A DNA stretch of 64,000 bases from Felis catus (taxonomy: Eukaryota), in assembly GCF_018350175.1 (NCBI RefSeq), contig NC_058368.1, positions 22,942,001 through 23,006,000 of the forward strand, read 5' to 3'. Numbering within the stretch: position 1 is the stretch's first letter; each line of letters opens with the position of its first letter. The translations under genes were made by a program, and so were the position numbers. The notes under the pieces were generated by a model. The model searched no databases, was not told where the DNA came from, and was given only the letters and a program-made list of their open reading frames with translations. Positions 27,820 through 43,290 of this stretch are shown here, one piece after another.

Positions 27820-28751
27820 CCACAACTATATGGTCAACTAATCTTAAAGCAGGAAAGAATATCCAATGGAAAAAAGTCTCTTCAACAGTGAAATGGACAG
27901 CAACACGTAGAAGATTAAAAGTGGACCACTCTCTTACACCATACACAAAAATAAATTCAAACGGGATGAAAGACCTAAATGTGAGATAATAAACCATCAA
28001 AATCCTAGAGGAAAACTCAGGCAGCAACCTCTTTGACCTCAGCTGCAGCAACTTCTTAGTAGACACATCACTGAAGGCAAGAGAGACAAAAGCAAACCTG
28101 AACTACTGGGACTTCATCAAGATAAAAAGCTTCTGCATGGTGAAGGTACCAATCAGCAAAACTAAAAGGCAGCATATGGAATTGGAGGAGATAATTGAAA
28201 GCAACATATCTGATGAAGGGTTAGTATCTAAAATCTATAAAGGACTTATCAAACTCAATACCCAAAAAACAAACAACCCAGTTAACAAAGGGCAGAAGAC
28301 ACAAATAGACACCTCTCCAAAGAAGACACCCAGATGGCTTAAAGACACCTGAAAAAATGTTCAACATCACTCATAATCAGAAAATACAAATCAAAACCAC
28401 ATTTAGATACCACCTCACACCTGTCAGAATGGCTAAAACCAACAACACAAGAAACAACAGGTATTGGCGTGGATGTGGAGAAAGGGGAACCCTCTTGCAC
28501 TGTTGGTGAGAATGCAAACTGATGCAGCCACTCTGGAAAACAGTATGGAGGTTCCTCAAATAGTTAAAAATAGAGCTACTCTACAACCCAGCAATTGCAC
28601 TATTAGGTAGTTATCCAAAGGATACAAAAATACAGATTCAAAGGAGTACGTGGATCCCAATGTTTACAGCAGCATTATCAACAATAGCCAAACTATGGAG
28701 GGAGCCCAATGTCCACTGACTGATTAATGGATAAAGAAGATGTGGCGTGCA

Positions 28752-28789
<38 letters not shown>

Positions 28790-30021
28790 AATATTAGCCA
28801 TCAAAAAGAATGAAATCTTGCCATTTGCAATGACATGGATGGAGCTAGAGAGTATTATGCTAAGCAAAATAAACCAATCAGAGAAAGACAAATACTATAT
28901 GATTTCACTCATGTGTAATTTAAGAAATAAAACAGATGAACATATAGGAAAGCAGGGGAAGAGAAGAGAGGGAAACAAACCATAAGAGACTCTTAGTGAC
29001 AGAGAACAAATTATGAGTTGATGGAGGGAGGTGAGTGGGAGATGGGCTAGACGGGTGATGGTTACTAAGGAGGCCATGTTATGATCAGCACTGGGTGTTG
29101 TATGTAAGTGATGAATCACTGAATTCTACTCCTGAAACCAATACTATACTGTATGTTAACTAACTAAAATTTAAATTTAAAAAAAAGAAAAAAGAAGAGA
29201 GAAAGGGGGTGACAGGTATAACGATAAATGCAAATTTAAAAAAAAGAGAAGTGATTTCCCCTCTCTTCTTAGAGCATATACTTTAGAAAACTTATAGGGG
29301 TGCCTGGGTGGCTCAGTTGGTTAAACATCTGACTTCTGCTTACATCAAGATCTCATGGTTCATGAGTTTCAGTCCCACATTGGCTCTCTGCTGTCAGCAC
29401 AGAGCCTGCTTCGGATCCTCTCTCTCCCTGCCCCTCCCCAGCTCGTGCTCACACTCTTTCTCTCTCTCTCTCTCAAAAATAAACATGTAAAAAAGAAAAA
29501 AAGAAAAAAAAAAGAAAACTTTTAATTGTAAACTCCTTGTTTCTGTTATGTTAAGGGACCCAGGGATGTCTTTCTCAAGGACCTAGGATCCATCTCTTTG
29601 AAACGCAACCATCAAGGAAGGTAGCACCACTATCTCCCAGGCTCTGTAGGACAGTAGGACCCTAACTTTAGCAGGCACCGTGCTCTAGGTGGCAAAATTA
29701 CCTCTTGTCATAAAATGTGAGGAGTTTCTTTTTCTTTTGGATAAAGCCAATTAACTAACACAGATCGTCACCCTCATTACCAAGTGAATCTAAAGTGAAC
29801 TGCATGTGACAAATGGTACTGTCGAGTCCTCTTACATGAGGACTACTTCTTGTTTATCTCAAAAGCATATATGTAATGGGCTGTCACTGCCTGTCTAAAA
29901 AAGGGTGAGATTCCTTCTGTTTTGAAGTCTCTCAGCAGATTACTTGTGATAGGCATCACATTTTGGTTTAATGCCTGTTCAAAAATAAAACTGTTTTCTT
30001 TCTCTTGAGGAAAAAAAAAGA
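27820..30021 (+). mobile_element. 5'-truncated carnivore L1 (27820-~29190) plus 3'-transduced flank containing an ERV LTR fragment and a SINE
   Basis: TSD aaatagactatg at 27808-27819 and 30022-30033; AATAAA at 29984-29989; A-run from 30011. Confidence 0.85.
29250..30010 (+). mobile_element. ERV1-type LTR fragment (MER34/MER39-like), split by a Can-SINE (29297-29512)
   Basis: LTR-like text (ctcaaggacctagg...ccaattaactaacacag...aataaaactgttttctttctc); SINE TSD agaaaactt(a/t)ta; family assignment tentative. Confidence 0.6.
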
Positions 30022-30332
30022 AAATAGACTATGAAAAGTTTCAAATATATACTATAAACCCTGAAATGAATAACACAAAAAAGTTATAGCTAACAAGCCA
30101 ACAAATGACAAAAAAGGAATCATAAAAAATGGCCAATCCAAACAAAGTCATAAAAAGAGAGGAAAGAGACAAAGAAAAAAATGAGACAAGTAGAAACAAA
30201 TAGCAAGGTGGCAGATTTAAACCCTACCATTTCAAAAACCACTTTAAATGTCAATGGTTTAAAAACCCCAATTAAGAGGCAAAGACCGACTCAACTATAT
30301 GCAGCCTACAAGAAACCCACCCACATTAAATA

Positions 30333-30643
30333 CAGTTGACCCTTGAACAACATGGGAGTTAAGGCTGCTGACCCCTGTGCAGTTGAACATCCAACTATAA
30401 TTTTCATTTCCCCAAAACTTAACTACTAATAGCCTACTGTTGACCAGAAGCCTTACTGATAGCATATACAGTCGACTAACACATAATTCATTTGTTACAT
30501 GTATTATATACTAAAGAAAATGTTACTAAGAAAATCATAAGGAAGAGAAAATACACGTATAGTACTGTAGCATATTTACTGAAAATAAATCCAGGTATGG
30601 TGGACCCACTTACTTCAAACCCATGTTGTGCAAGGGTCAACTG
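30333..30643. mobile_element. Tigger2-family (TcMar) MITE
   Basis: 24-bp terminal inverted repeats cagttgacccttgaacaacatggg / cccatgttgtgcaagggtcaactg (1 mismatch); TA immediately left. Confidence 0.92.
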
Positions 30644-30752
30644 AATAAAGATACAAAGAGGTTAAGAGGTTTTTTTTTAAAAAAGTATACAATGCTAAAT
30701 ACTTGTCAAAAGAGAGCTTAAGTGTTTATATTAATATTAGAAAAAGATTTCA

Positions 30753-30970
30753 GGGCGCCTGGGTGGCTCAGTTGGCTAAGCATCCAACTTTGGTCGGCTT
30801 AGGTCATGATGTCTCAGTTCATGAGTTCAAGCCCCATATCAGGCTCTGTGCTGAAAGCTCAGAGCCTGGAGCCGGCTTCAGATTGTGTCTTCCTCTCTCT
30901 GTCCCTCCCCCGTTCACACTCTGTATCTCTCTCTCTCAACAATAAATAAATATTCAAAAAAATTTTTTTA
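30753..30970 (+). mobile_element. Can-SINE
   Basis: SINE head and tail; TSD agaaaaaga(t/c)ttcag. Confidence 0.9.
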
Positions 30971-32717
30971 ACAGAAAAAGACTTCAGAGCAAAAAGACAG
31001 GAATAAAGAGAATAATTTCATCATGCATTAAATAATATATGATACATATCATGTAAAATATATTAATAGTAAAGTTTATTAAGTAATACTAAGATATAAT
31101 AAAGTACAATAAAAGATTATAAACAATTTTCTGCCAGTTCAACAACTTAGATGGACACATTCCTTGAAAAACATACATTCCCCAAGCTCACTAAAATAGT
31201 AATAAAACTGAATTGCCCATATCTATTTAAAGAAATTGAATTTGTAGTTAAAAACCTTCCCACAAAAGAAAAAAAAAAAACCTTGAGACCCATATGGTTA
31301 TGGTTTTGCCAAACATTTAATAATATCAATTTTGTACAAAATCTACGAAAAAATTGAAGAGAACAATTTCCCAATTCATTCTATAAGGCCAGAATTATTC
31401 TGTCAAAACGTCCAACAAAAATTGAAGAAAAAAAAAAACTAGAAAAAAAACCCATAACCATAAAGAGAAAATACAGACCAATATCCCTTGTAAACACACA
31501 GTACAAAAATTCTTAAAAGTTTAGCAAATCAAATCCAACAATATATGAAAGGGATACTATATTATGATCAAGTGGAATTTATCCAAGAAGGGAAAGTTGT
31601 TTTAACAGGCAATATCAATAGTCTAATAAAGGAAAAATATGATCAACATGATAGATGCAGAAAACACATTTCAGAAACTCCAATATTTATTTCTGATATA
31701 AAAAAAATCTCTGCAAACTAGGAATAGAAAGAAAATTCCTTAATGTGATAAACAACACCTAAGAAAAACCTACTCCTGACATTATACTTAATGCTAAAAG
31801 ACAGAATGATTTCTTTCTAAGAGCAGGAACTCTTAGCACTTCTATTCAACACTGTATTGAAATCTTAGCCAGTGCAACAGACAAGAAAAAAAAAGCAAAA
31901 AGATTAGAAAGGAAGAAATAAAGCTGTCATTATTCACACATGACATAGCTGTGAATGTAAAAAACCTATGGAAACTCAAAATGGGCAAAAAACGTAAAGA
32001 GACATTTCACTGATGATAAACAAATGGCAAATAAGCACATTTAGAAGACTTTCAGCAGCTATGGACTTTGGGTGATAATGATGTGTCAGTGTTAGTTCAC
32101 TAACCGTAACAAATGTAGCACTCTTGTGGGAATGGTGACAGTGGAAAAGGTTAAGCATTTATGGGGGCAGGGGGAATATGGGAAATCTCTGTACCTTTTG
32201 CTCAATTTTGTTGTGAACGTAAAACTATTCTAAAAAGTCTATTAAAAAATATTCCATATCATTAGCCATCAGAAAAATGTAAATTAAAACCACAATGAGA
32301 TATCACTACATACTGAGAAAAATGGCTAATATTAAAAAAAAAAAAAAAAAGTAAAACCACCAAATGTTGGCAAAGATGCTCGGAAACTGGAACATGCATA
32401 TATTGATGATAGTAATACAAAATGGTACAGCCACTCTGAAACAAAGTTTGGCAGCTCTTACACAATTAAGCATATATGACCACACCATATGACCTACATG
32501 ACCATACCATATGGCCAGCAATTGCACTCTTGGTTATTTATCTCCCAGGAAAATGAAAACTGGTATCTATACAAAAACCTATACACAAATGTTCAAAGCA
32601 GCTGTATTCACAACAGTTAAAACCTATGAAGAGAGCAGGTATCTTTCAATGAGTGAATGGTTACACAAACTGTGGTCCAGCCATACCATGGAATACTACT
32701 AAACAACAATAATAAAT

Positions 32718-33120
32718 TGCAGTGGGCTGACTTGTGCTCCCCACCCCTGCAAAACTCATATGTTGAAGTACTAACCTAAGTACCCAAGAATGTGACTGTT
32801 TTTTTAAGTCAGGACTTCAAAAGGGGTACAGTAAATTAAAATGAGGACATTTGGTGAGCCCTAATCCAACCTGATTATAGTGTCCTTATAAGAACAGGAA
32901 GTTTGGACACACAAACACACAAGGGAGTGTGTGCACAGGAAAACCATTTTAGAGCACAAGGAGAAGGCAGCCATCTGCAAGCCAAATAGAGAGGTCCCAG
33001 AAGAAACTAAATCTGCAGACACCTTAACTTGGACTTCCAGGCTCCAGAAACATGACAAAATTTCTGATAAGTCACCCAGTCTGTAGTATTTTGTTATAGC
33101 AGCCCTATCAAACTAATATA
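32718..33120 (+). mobile_element. MLT1 (MaLR) solo LTR, MLT1B-like
   Basis: tg...atatgttgaagtactaacc...ggacttccaggctccagaa...ttgttatagcagccct. Confidence 0.85.
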
Positions 33121-34049
33121 TTGATATATAACTTCAATTATTCTCCAGGGAATTATGCTGAAAAAAGCCAATCCCAAAGGTTAAATAATGTATGATCCCA
33201 TTTATATAACATTATCGAATTATAAAATATGTCAATTATTGAGTAAAGATCTTATTAAACACCTATGTATGTACTCCAACTGGTCTACTGATACGGTCAA
33301 CATAATACTTAAAAAGATGATTATAATCAATGGCCATCTTTGGAAGATCTTACAAATTTTTAATTTAAAAAGTAGTAAGTAAAAGCAAACCATAAATCTC
33401 TCATCTAGCCTTCATTTCCTTAATAAACTACACTTTAGAATAAGAACAGTTAATAGAGGAAAGTTTCTCTTTACAGAATTACAACTAATAGTTGAGAGAG
33501 GAATGATAAAGTTTTAGCAACTCCTATAGATCCAGTTAATGGTGATCAATAATTGCTTACATAAAAAAAAAAAAAAAAAAAAAAGAGAGAGAAAGACTAA
33601 CAAGATATGTGCCTGCCAATTGGTATCCACAAAAATATCTCTGAAGTATTTCTTCCAGAAAATATCAAACTAGGATTTGATCAGGCCTCTAGGCCTGCTC
33701 TATTTCCAGGAAATACAGAGAATTAGACAATTATGTTAAACAATGGAGGAGATGCAATCTGCAAAATACACACTGTAGGAAATTCTACAGGATAAACAAT
33801 CCAGTTTCTTCAACTAAATTGTAAGAGAAGAAAGGGGGTAGGTAAAACCTACAGATTAAGAGATTTAAGACAGAAGTCAATCAATCACAATATATGAACT
33901 TTATTTTGATCCTGATTTGAGCACATGAAAAAAAAATTATAAATAATCGAGAAATTTTGAACACTGGATATCCGGTAATAGAAAATTTGCACCAATTTTG
34001 TTAGATGTGATGAACAGAAGTCACTTTTTAAAAAGACAACGCATACTGA

Positions 34050-34212
34050 AGGGGTGCCTGGATGGCTCAGTCAGTTAAACATCCCACTCTTGATCTTGCA
34101 GTTCATGAGTTCTAGCCCCACACAGGGCTCTGTGCTGATAGTACAGAGCCTACTTGGGATATTTTCTCTCTCTCTCTCTCTCTCATAATAAATAAATAAA
34201 CTTAAAAAAAAA
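34050..34212 (+). mobile_element. Can-SINE, internally deleted
   Basis: SINE head, (CT)n, A tail. Confidence 0.8.
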
Positions 34213-35301
34213 AGAATACAAGATCATGCATAGTGAGATATTTATTGGTGAAACAACATAACCTGAATTTACTTTAAAATAATCTGGAATCAGAGAGAAA
34301 TATAGTTTGGCCATGATTTATAATTGGTTAAGAGGTATAGGAGAGTTCACACTATTAACCTATTTTTATAAATCTCTAAAATTCCCCATAATAAGATGTA
34401 AAAAATTAACCTTAGAAGCAGAATCAGAAATAAAAGAAGTTGCAAATAGCCTCTATCTGTAAGACAAAATATAACATTCACGTATATGTTCTTAAATGAT
34501 TTTTTTTCTCAGCAATACTCACACGTAATCAGAATATGAGCATCATATTCAAAAAGAAAGGGTATAGTATTAGTAACTAGAAAATAACAGGTATATACCT
34601 TCTATTACACTTAATTTTTAAATATTCTGTTTTTTAAGTTTATTAAAAAAAACTCTTCGTATGTCTGTAGTATGTGACTCTTCATATGTCTGTAGTATAA
34701 CTTACATGGAATGGCTACTGTTACTCCAATTCCAAACTATTCATTTTAATTATCTTTCTAAATATAATGACCCGTATCACAAAAACAAATGACTCTATCA
34801 AGGGCAATATATTTCACAGCTCTTGAATGGACACAGACACACGAAACCCTACGAGGACAGCATTCAGGCATCATTTCTGATCTACAGATGAATAAACTGA
34901 GACTTGGAGAATCAACCAATTTATCTAAAATCCTACAGCTACATTGCAACTACTATAATCAAAACTTTCCTGCTTCAAGGTCCAAGGTCTTCTCCACTCT
35001 ACCATGCAATGATTTAAGATGCAGAAGAAAATCAAAATTCTAACTGATTCACTGTAAATCCCAACATGAACAACACTCCTGGCCAATTTCTTAATGAAAA
35101 GTCCTTTATTTATATGTTATATGCAGTATGAATACAATCTAATGTAATGACAACAATCACTAATATTACATCCATTAAACGTTTATACAAAAAGGAAAAA
35201 ACACTTTTCTAGACAAAATACCACAAACTTTCCTTAAGTTTTACCAAAATTACATCAAAATCATTACACATACATTTATAAAATTCAACTATTTTCAATG
35301 T

Positions 35302-37228
35302 TTCTTTGGCTATTTTGGGGTCTTTCGTGGTTCCATACACATTTAAGGACTGTTTGTTCTAAGCTCTGAAAAATGCTGTTGGTATTTTAATAGGAATTGC
35401 ATAAATGTGTAGATTGCTTTGGGTAGTATAGACATTTTAATAATTTTTTCTTCTAATCTGTAAGAATGTAATGTCTTTCCATTTCTTGGTGTCCTTTCAA
35501 TATCCTTCCTCAGTGTTCTATAGTTTTCATAATAAAGGTCTTTCACCTCTTGGGAACTATCTTACTGTTTTGGGTGCAATTGTAAATGAGATCTATTCCT
35601 TAATTTTATTTTCTCTTTCTGTTTCATTATTGGTGTTCAGAAATGGAACATATTTCTGCACATTGATTTTGTATCCTGTGACTTTACTGAATTCGTGTAT
35701 CAGTTCTAGCAGTTTTTTGCTGGACTTTTGAGTTTTCTATATAGATAGAGTACAATGTCATCTACAAATAGTGAAATGATCATATGGTTCTTATCCTTTC
35801 TTGAAAAGCAAAGCTGGAGGTATCACAATTCCAGAATTCAAGTTATATTACAAAGCTGTAGTGATCAAAACAGTATAATACTGGCACAAAAACAGACACA
35901 TAGATCAATGGAACAGAAAATGCATAAATGAACCCACAACTATATACTCAATTAATCTTCAACAAAGCAGGAAATAATATCCAATAGAAAAAAGACAGTC
36001 TCTTCAAATGGAAGAGGTGAAGAGAGCGCTGGGAAAACTGAAGAGAAACATGCAAAAGAATGAAACTGGGCCACTTTCTTACACCAAACACAAAAATAAA
36101 TTCAAAATGAATGAAAGACAAAATGTGAGACAGAAAACCATCAAAATCCTAGAGGAGAACACAGGCAGTAACCTCTTTGACACTGGCCATAGAAACTTCT
36201 TTCTAGACAGGTCTCCTGAGGCAAGGGAACAAAAGCAAAAATAAACTACTGGGACTTGATCAAAATAAAAAGCTCCTGCAAAGTGAACAATCAACAAAAC
36301 TAAAAGGCAATCTATGGAATGGGAGAAGGTATTTCCAAATGACATAACTGATAAAGGGTTAGTATCCAAAATATATGAAGAACAAATAAAACTCAACACC
36401 CAAAAAACAAATAATCCAATTTAAAAATGGGCACAAGACATGAATAGACATTTTTCTAAGGAAGACATACAGATGGCCAACAGACACATGAAAAGATGCT
36501 CAACATCATTCATCATCAGGGAAACACAAATCAAAACTACAATGAGATACCACCCCATGCCTATCAGAAGGGCTAAAATCAACAACACAAGAAACAGCAG
36601 GTGTTGGAAGGATGTGGAGAAAGGAGTACCCTCATGCACTGTTAGTGGGAATGCAAACTGGTACAGCCACTCTGGAAAACAGTATGGAGGTTCCTCAAAA
36701 AGTTCAAAATAAAACTATCTATAATCCAGCAACTGCACTACTAGGTATTTACCCAAAGAATACAAAAATACTAATTCAAAGGGATACCCAGTGTTTACAG
36801 CAGCATTATTTACAATAGCCAAATTATGGAAACAGCCCAAGCGTCCATCGACTGATGAATGGATAAATATGTGGTATATATACACAATAGTATATTACTC
36901 AGACATAAAAATTACAATTACATGGATGGAGCTAGAGAGTGTTATGCTAAGTGAAGTCAGAGAAAGAAAAATACAATATGACTTCACTCATATGTGGAAC
37001 TTAAAAACAAATAAGCAAAGGGAAAAAGAGAGAGAGGCAAACCAAGAAACAGAATTGGTCTGGGAGAGTGGGAGGATAGGTTAAATAGGTCATGGGGATT
37101 GAGGAGTGCACTTGTGATGAGCACCACATGCTAAATGTAAGTGATGAAGCATTATATTGTACACCTGAAACTAATATTACACTAATCATGTTAACGAACT
37201 GGAATTTATATAAAAACTTTAAAAAATT
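35302..37228 (+). mobile_element. Carnivore L1 with 5' inversion (minus 35302-~35802, plus ~35803-37228)
   Basis: Inverted ORF2 segment joined to a forward ORF2 end, 3'UTR and A tail; degenerate TSD aaaattcaactattttcaatg / aaaattaaagtattttaactg. Confidence 0.85.
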
Positions 37229-38486
37229 AAAGTATTTTAACTGATTCTTAAGTTCTCTTAAAAATTATATTAATATAAAATTTTCGAGGGTAATTCTTAA
37301 GTCAAATTATTCTGGCTGCATGATTTAATATAGGCCTTCATTTACACTAACAAGTGTTTTGTATGCATAAAGTTATTTAACCCACATTTTAACTCCAAGA
37401 TCCAGAAATTATTGTTAATCCTTTATACAAATAACAAAACTGAGACTTGGGGATTTTAGGTAACTTGTTCAAGATCATGGAGGTAGTAAAAGGTACAACT
37501 GAGACTTGAGTCAGTCTAGTCTGATGACAAATCCTTGCTCTTAACCCATCCTTTATTCCAATAAATATCACCTACTTTCAGTTTCCAGAGTTCCCTGAGT
37601 TACTAAATTCCTTCTCTTGTTTCAAAGAAGATAACCAACTGCTATCTAGAATAGCTAGAACAGAACAGCTGCATCAGAAACTGGTTAATTTTGTCATTAC
37701 ATTCACTTGTCTGCACACACTGTTACATTCTCCCTTAGATATTGTATAAACAGAGGTTAAATTCTCAGGCCAACCCTCAAAAAGTTAAATATCCCTTAAA
37801 ATAATATTTCTACATAAATGTCTGGTATTTATAACAGAATAATACCATACCCTCCTCTGTCATACACCCTGCAAAAAAAAAAAAAAAAAGTACCCAATAT
37901 CCCAAAGATAACATGAAATTCCTTGTCTTCCTCCAGCATACCACCAAGAATGATTTCACATCCCCTAGTCCCCTCATCAGCTCCATTAGGAGAAAAAACA
38001 TAGGGTAAGAAAGTAGTAATATTTACTTGTACTTGTAGTCAAGTCTGAAGCCTAAAAGGGCCTCAATGATGAAAACTATTACTGTTATAGTTCAGTACAA
38101 AAAAAGTTTTGTGTGAACTAGCCTGGAAACCTAACTACTATATTGTACTTACAAAGACCGGGAACATAACCCACTCATAAACTGGAAACTATATTCACCA
38201 ATTCTCTCTATAATCTACTACTCCTTTCCAACTTTCTGAAAACTAAGCGCCTAGCATTTATGAGTGAGAGGTGACAGAGCTATGACTATCTTTAACTGCA
38301 CATGCACAAAAAAACTTCGTTACATGAAGTACCCAAATCAGTGAAAATATACATTAGATCCTTTGAGACGATAATACCAAAGTCATTCATCCAAGATACT
38401 TCAATATTCCTCCTTTTTTAGTAAGGAGTTCCAGATTATATTCAGGTCTTTGAAATTGGATTCATTTTCTCTTTTTTATTACCAGA

Positions 38487-38849
38487 TGCTATTGCACTGA
38501 ATGCTTGTGCACAATCCCCCACAATTCATATCCTTAAAACCTAATGCCCAATGTGATGGTATTAGGAGTTGTGGCCTTTAGGAAGTGATCAGGTCACGAG
38601 GGCTCTGTCCTAATGAATGGGACCAGTATCCTTAAAAAGAGGCTCAAGAAAGCTGCCACCCCTTCCACCATGTGAGGCCAGTGACATGGCACTGTCTATG
38701 AAACAGGAAATAGGCCCTCACACAGAGAATCGGCCAGCACTATGATCTTGGACTTCCCAGCCTCCAGAACTGTGAGAAATAAATTTCTGTTGTTTATGAG
38801 CCACCCAGTCTGTGGTATCTTGTTACAGTAGCCCAAATGGACTAAGATA
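38487..38849 (+). mobile_element. MLT1A-like MaLR solo LTR
   Basis: tgctat...gcccaaatggactaagata flanked by 5-bp TSD ccaga (38482-38486 / 38850-38854). Confidence 0.9.
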
Positions 38850-39734
38850 CCAGATTTTGTAATGGTCTTAAATATTTTTATGATATACAAAAACATATTT
38901 TGTTGTGTTAATCTGATCAGTAAAACCAGACAGATATGTACACTAATATGATGCTGTTAAAAAGTAAATGCATTAAAAGTATCTGTCTAGAGTGTAATTT
39001 AACTATCAAAAGTTTTATAAATATTCATAGCTTTTGACACAGTAATTCAAAATGTATTCTAACAATCAGAGTTTCACTCATTAAATTATCAAGGGCTTAC
39101 TTTGTGCCAGGCATTATTCTTCTGAATAAGGATGTTTATCACATCATTTTATGTGCCAAAAAGTTGGGGGAAAAAATGTCCAATAACAGTAAGAGTTAAA
39201 ACATCAAAATCTATCTAATGTATTAAATATTATAGTACCATCGGAAACTATATTATTAAATATCAGAAAATATTTAACAATAAAATGCTCATGTTGAGAA
39301 AAAAATTGTATAACAAGATACAAAACTATTATATGTAACTATGTATAACTACATGTATGATCCCAAATCTGTGTTCTAAATGTTCTTAGCCAGAGACCTT
39401 GGTCAAGTTACTTAACCTCACTCTACTTCAGTATCACCTTCTAAAAATTTTACATGTAAAACAAAGATTTTTTTATTTCATATCTCAATGGATTGTTGAA
39501 TGGGCTGTTTGCAAAATGCTTATAATATTCCTCCAGTACATATAAAGCACTAGGAATTATTTGCTGGTGTTAGTAGTGTTAGTAGTATCACACATATACA
39601 CACACACACCTCTGAAAAGAAAAAAAATGGAAGAAATATATCAAATGCTATCAAAGATTCTAAATTCTAACAAAACTAATTCTGAAACAATCAGGAAATT
39701 TAAATACTTATTTAAATTTAAAATTTAAATTTTG

Positions 39735-39800
39735 ATTTAATTTATTTAAATTTATATAAATTTAATTTATTTAAATTTATATAAATTTAAATTTATAAAA
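39735..39800. repeat. Pure AT tract: 25-bp tandem duplication and 24-bp palindrome
   Basis: atttaatttatttaaatttatataa x2 (39735-39784); palindrome 39769-39792. Confidence 0.9.
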
Positions 39801-40055
39801 GATTAAAGATTATAAGGTATGGCTTTGCTTTTCAGTAACTCTTTGTACCAGAGTAAAGTATATGAATAAAATATATCATCTAAGATTTGCTTTAAAATAC
39901 TTTGGAGGAGTTTATATCGGGAGATTTAAAAAAAACCTTTAATGCTAAAAAAATTTTTTAATGCTAATCAGAATAACATAATTATTACTGGATAACATAA
40001 TTATTACTAGCTTTTCTTTTCTTTATATTTTTCTATTTTCCAAAATAATTTTTTA

Positions 40056-42966
<2,911 letters not shown>

Positions 42967-43112
42967 CTGGGCAGAGGCAAGTCCTCGGGGCCGCTGTCCT
43001 GCTCGGGGTCCTCTTCAGGAGGGGGCGGCGGCGGCGGCGCCGGGGGTTCGGCGGCGGCGGCGGCGGCAGCGGCGGCTGCGGCTGCTGCTCTCCGGGGGGT
43101 TTTGGGCGGCAT
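42967..43112 (-). CDS. RB1: Retinoblastoma protein pRB, coding part of exon 1 (146 nt)
   Basis: ATG at 43112-43110; translates MPPKTPRR(A)13[28 protein letters not shown], matching the pRB N-terminus; ends at the donor CAG|GTGAGC (GT at 42966-42965). Confidence 0.99.
43050..43088 (-). repeat. GCN trinucleotide repeat encoding 13 Ala in pRB
   Basis: Codons GCA GCA GCC GCA GCC GCC GCT then (GCC)6. Confidence 0.97.
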
Positions 43113-43290
43113 GACTCCCCCCCAGGGCAGGAGCCAGTGAGTGGTGGCGAAGAGCCGGGGAAGGAGGACGCGCGCACTTCGGGGCACGCCCCGTCCTCTC
43201 CCGACTCCCGTTACAAAAATAATTTGAACGTCCCCTGAGAGAAACCGGACAAGCCCTCCCCCGCCCGGCAACCGAGCGCCGCGTCCAACC

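Larger units (their letters stand above)
25150..33230 (+). mobile_element. Old L1M element, fragmented, host to many nested insertions
   Basis: ORF1 remnants ~26400-27540, inter-ORF, EN start ~30240 (actttaaatgtcaatggttt), ORF2 pieces 31100-31970, 3'UTR to ~33230, all collinear. Confidence 0.7.

Noticed and set aside
43113..43271. In-frame stop-free 5'UTR suggesting a TTG-initiated N-terminal extension of pRB
   Set aside because: 53 open codons are unremarkable at this GC content; the ATG has good context (GTCATG); no evidence that the frame is conserved
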